A stretch of DNA of 64,000 bases from NCBI GenBank assembly GCA_947388185.1, contig CANDQP010000001.1, positions 17,604 through 81,603 of the forward strand. The letters run 5' to 3'. Positions 62,162 to 64,000 of the stretch are shown piece by piece. Within the stretch, counting starts at the first letter, position 1; every line of letters begins with the position of its first letter. The notes beneath the pieces were generated by a model, which had not been told where the DNA came from, made no database searches, and was given only the letters and a program-made list of their open reading frames with translations. The DNA is from an uncultured Dorea sp. Lineage in GTDB: Bacteria > Bacillota > Clostridia > Lachnospirales > Lachnospiraceae. The position numbers and the translations under genes were made by a program.

Positions 62162-63562
62162 ATGGAAAGGAAAAATATGTGGGAGCAGTACACAGAGGAA
62201 CAGCATGCAGAATTAGAATCTCTCTGTAACAGGTACAAAGAGTGCCTTGATGCTGCGAAGACAGAGAGGGAGTGCGTGACCTTAGGTATTCGTATGGCAA
62301 AAGAGCATGGATACAGAGATCTCAACGAATGCATCGCTGAGAATACTGCGCTTAAGACCGGCGACAAGGTTTATGCCAACTGTATGGGAAAAGCACTCGT
62401 TCTGTTCCAGATCGGTGAGAAGCCGTTAGAGGAAGGAATGAATATTCTGGGTGCGCATGTGGATTCCCCAAGACTGGATATCAAGCAGAATCCATTGTAT
62501 GAGGATACGGGTATGGCATATCTGGATACTCATTATTACGGCGGAATCAAGAAGTACCAGTGGGTAACGCTTCCTATGGCGATCCACGGAAGCGTAGTGA
62601 AGAAGGACGGGACAGTGAAGGAGATCGTGATCGGTGAGAAGGAAGAAGATCCGGTACTCGTGATCTCTGATCTTCTGGTTCATCTGTCACAGAAGCAGAT
62701 CGAGAAGAAGGCCAATGTGGTGATCGAGGGAGAAGGTCTTGACCTTCTTGTAGGTACGAAGCCGTTGGTTGGAGCTGGAGAAGAACAGAAGGAAGAGAAG
62801 GAAAAGGTTAAGGCGGCAATCCTTGAGTATCTCAAAGAGAACTGTGATATGGAGGAAGAGGATTTCCTGTCGGCAGAGCTTGAGGTGGTTCCGGCCGGAA
62901 GAGCAAGAGACTGCGGTCTGGACAGAAGCATGATCATCGGCTATGGACAGGACGACAGGGTGTGTGCGTTTACTTCTCTTTTTGCCATGCTGGAGGCAGA
63001 GAACCTTAAGAGGACAAGCTGCTGCATCCTTGTGGACAAGGAAGAGATCGGAAGCATGGGTGCGACCGGTATGCAGTCCAGGTTCTTCGAAGATGCGGTG
63101 GCAGAGCTGTGCGCTCTGAACGGCGGCGGGGAACTGGTGAAGGTAAGGCGTACCTTACATAATTCATATATGCTGTCTTCTGATGTGAGCGCGGCGTATG
63201 ATCCTCTCTATGCTGATGCATTCGAGAAGAAGAATACGGCATACTTCGGGAAAGGCCTTGTGCTGAACAAGTACACGGGAAGCAGAGGCAAGAACGGAAC
63301 CAGCGACGCTAACGCGGAATATATCGCAAAGCTTCGGAAGGTATTGGACGCCAATGAGATCGGATTCCAGACAGCGGAGATGGGTAAGGTTGACCTTGGC
63401 GGCGGCGGAACGATCGCCTATATCATGGCGAATTACGGAATGAATGTGATCGACAGCGGAGTAGCAGTGTTATCCATGCACGCGCCGCATGAAGTGACGA
63501 GCAAGTCAGATATTTATGAAGTCTATAAAGGCTATAAGGCATTTTTAAAAGAAATGGAATAA
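62162..63562 (+). CDS. M18-family aminopeptidase (aminopeptidase I-like paralogue)
   Basis: 466 aa with a TAGGAGGA RBS. It has GAHVDSPRLDIK, VDKEEIGS and LSMHAPHE motifs. Confidence 0.85.
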   Translation: MERKNMWEQYTEEQHAELESLCNRYKECLDAAKTERECVTLGIRMAKEHGYRDLNECIAENTALKTGDKVYANCMGKALVLFQIGEKPLEEGMNILGAHVDSPRLDIKQNPLYEDTGMAYLDTHYYGGIKKYQWVTLPMAIHGSVVKKDGTVKEIVIGEKEEDPVLVISDLLVHLSQKQIEKKANVVIEGEGLDLLVGTKPLVGAGEEQKEEKEKVKAAILEYLKENCDMEEEDFLSAELEVVPAGRARDCGLDRSMIIGYGQDDRVCAFTSLFAMLEAENLKRTSCCILVDKEEIGSMGATGMQSRFFEDAVAELCALNGGGELVKVRRTLHNSYMLSSDVSAAYDPLYADAFEKKNTAYFGKGLVLNKYTGSRGKNGTSDANAEYIAKLRKVLDANEIGFQTAEMGKVDLGGGGTIAYIMANYGMNVIDSGVAVLSMHAPHEVTSKSDIYEVYKGYKAFLKEME

Positions 63563-63587
63563 GAGGGAAAAGGAAGGAAAGAAAAAC

Positions 63588-64000
63588 ATGGAGACAGCAG
63601 CAAAGAAAAAGGGATATCCAAAAGCGTTTTGGGCATGTGCATGTACAGAAATTTTTGAACGTCTTTCTTACTATCTGGGGCGTTCTCTGATATTGTTATT
63701 TGTATCGGCTACAGTGGCAACAGGAGGTCTTGGATTAGATGATACGGTTGCGGCAAATATGCAGTCAAACCTGACCGCATTTTCCTATCTGCTTCCTTTG
63801 TTCGGAGGTATTGTGGTTGACCGGTTTATAGGAGCCAAATATACGACTCCGGTGGGTATGGCAATCGCAGGCGTAGGTTATTATATGGGAGGTATCGCTA
63901 CCAGTGCGACAGGCGTATATGCGATGATCTTCCTGGTAAGTCTCGGGCTTGCTTTGTTTAAAAACGGACCGATCATCGGACGTGTTATTACCGATAAGTC
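63588..64000 (+). CDS. POT/PTR2-family proton-dependent di/tripeptide transporter (5' part; cut by window edge)
   Basis: The ORF track has no entry because the frame runs off the window. It reads METAAKKKGYPKAFWACACTEIFERLSYYLGRSLILLF...GGIVVDRFIGAKYT, matching the ExxERFxYYG and GGxxADr PTR2 signatures. Confidence 0.85.
   Translation, partial: METAAKKKGYPKAFWACACTEIFERLSYYLGRSLILLFVSATVATGGLGLDDTVAANMQSNLTAFSYLLPLFGGIVVDRFIGAKYTTPVGMAIAGVGYYMGGIATSATGVYAMIFLVSLGLALFKNGPIIGRVITDK

Noticed and set aside
1-64000. CRISPR arrays, tRNA/rRNA genes, an integrase or prophage, toxin-antitoxin pairs, and known defence systems.
   Set aside because: I saw no regularly spaced repeats and no cloverleaf-like GC-rich segments in intergenic gaps. 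I also saw no recombinase or phage structural genes. The only mobile-element signal is the small GTAAC...GTTAC repeat family. This was a manual scan, so short copies could have been missed.

Overview
This window looks like a chromosomal segment of a moderately GC-rich anaerobic Firmicute; gene content suggests Clostridia, possibly Lachnospiraceae, but that is inference only. It holds about 50 genes. I saw no rRNA, tRNA, CRISPR array, integrase or prophage.

Contents from left to right:
1. A secreted beta-helix/FIVAR surface protein whose 3' end is cut by the window edge, followed by a 134-bp MITE with a perfect 8-bp target duplication.
2. A PucR-type regulator divergent from a formate module: focA, a NuoF/GltD-like Fe-S flavoprotein, a selenocysteine formate dehydrogenase, fdhD, an AT-rich AAA/DUF4143 insertion, then moeA. 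The ORF track splits the dehydrogenase at an in-frame TGA that is followed by a SECIS-like hairpin.
3. A ClC channel.
4. A tightly packed same-strand block of seven genes (14.1-27.9 kb): a LytTR response regulator, an AgrC-type kinase, an NhaP antiporter, a membrane HAMP-PP2C (SpoIIE) phosphatase, and a STAS protein. The STAS stop codon overlaps (ATGA) the start of a 2240-aa A-T-C-A-T-R NRPS. The last gene is a MATE exporter fused to an RsbW/SpoIIAB-like kinase domain.
5. An AT-rich AAA-ATPase-like/PD-(D/E)XK gene, then a convergent operon of a hybrid histidine kinase plus a second stand-alone RsbW-like kinase.
6. Housekeeping genes: cls, purA, asnB, an OmpR-type two-component system with a lipoprotein, T-box-controlled thioesterase-thrS, DUF1540, metA and an AI-2E transporter.
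7. A peptide-scavenging neighbourhood: oppBCDFA, cyclophilin, a LysR regulator, two M18 aminopeptidases, YitT, asparaginase and a POT transporter cut by the window edge.

The most interesting signals are these:
- A sigma-factor-less partner-switching module is wired into the dipeptide-aldehyde-type NRPS operon, including the MATE::kinase fusion.
- A small GTAAC...GTTAC transposable-element family has minimal copies bracketing asnB, and one copy supplies the asnB stop codon.
- The formate dehydrogenase is a selenoprotein.

All calls come from reading the sequence and recalling family motifs. No database search was run.
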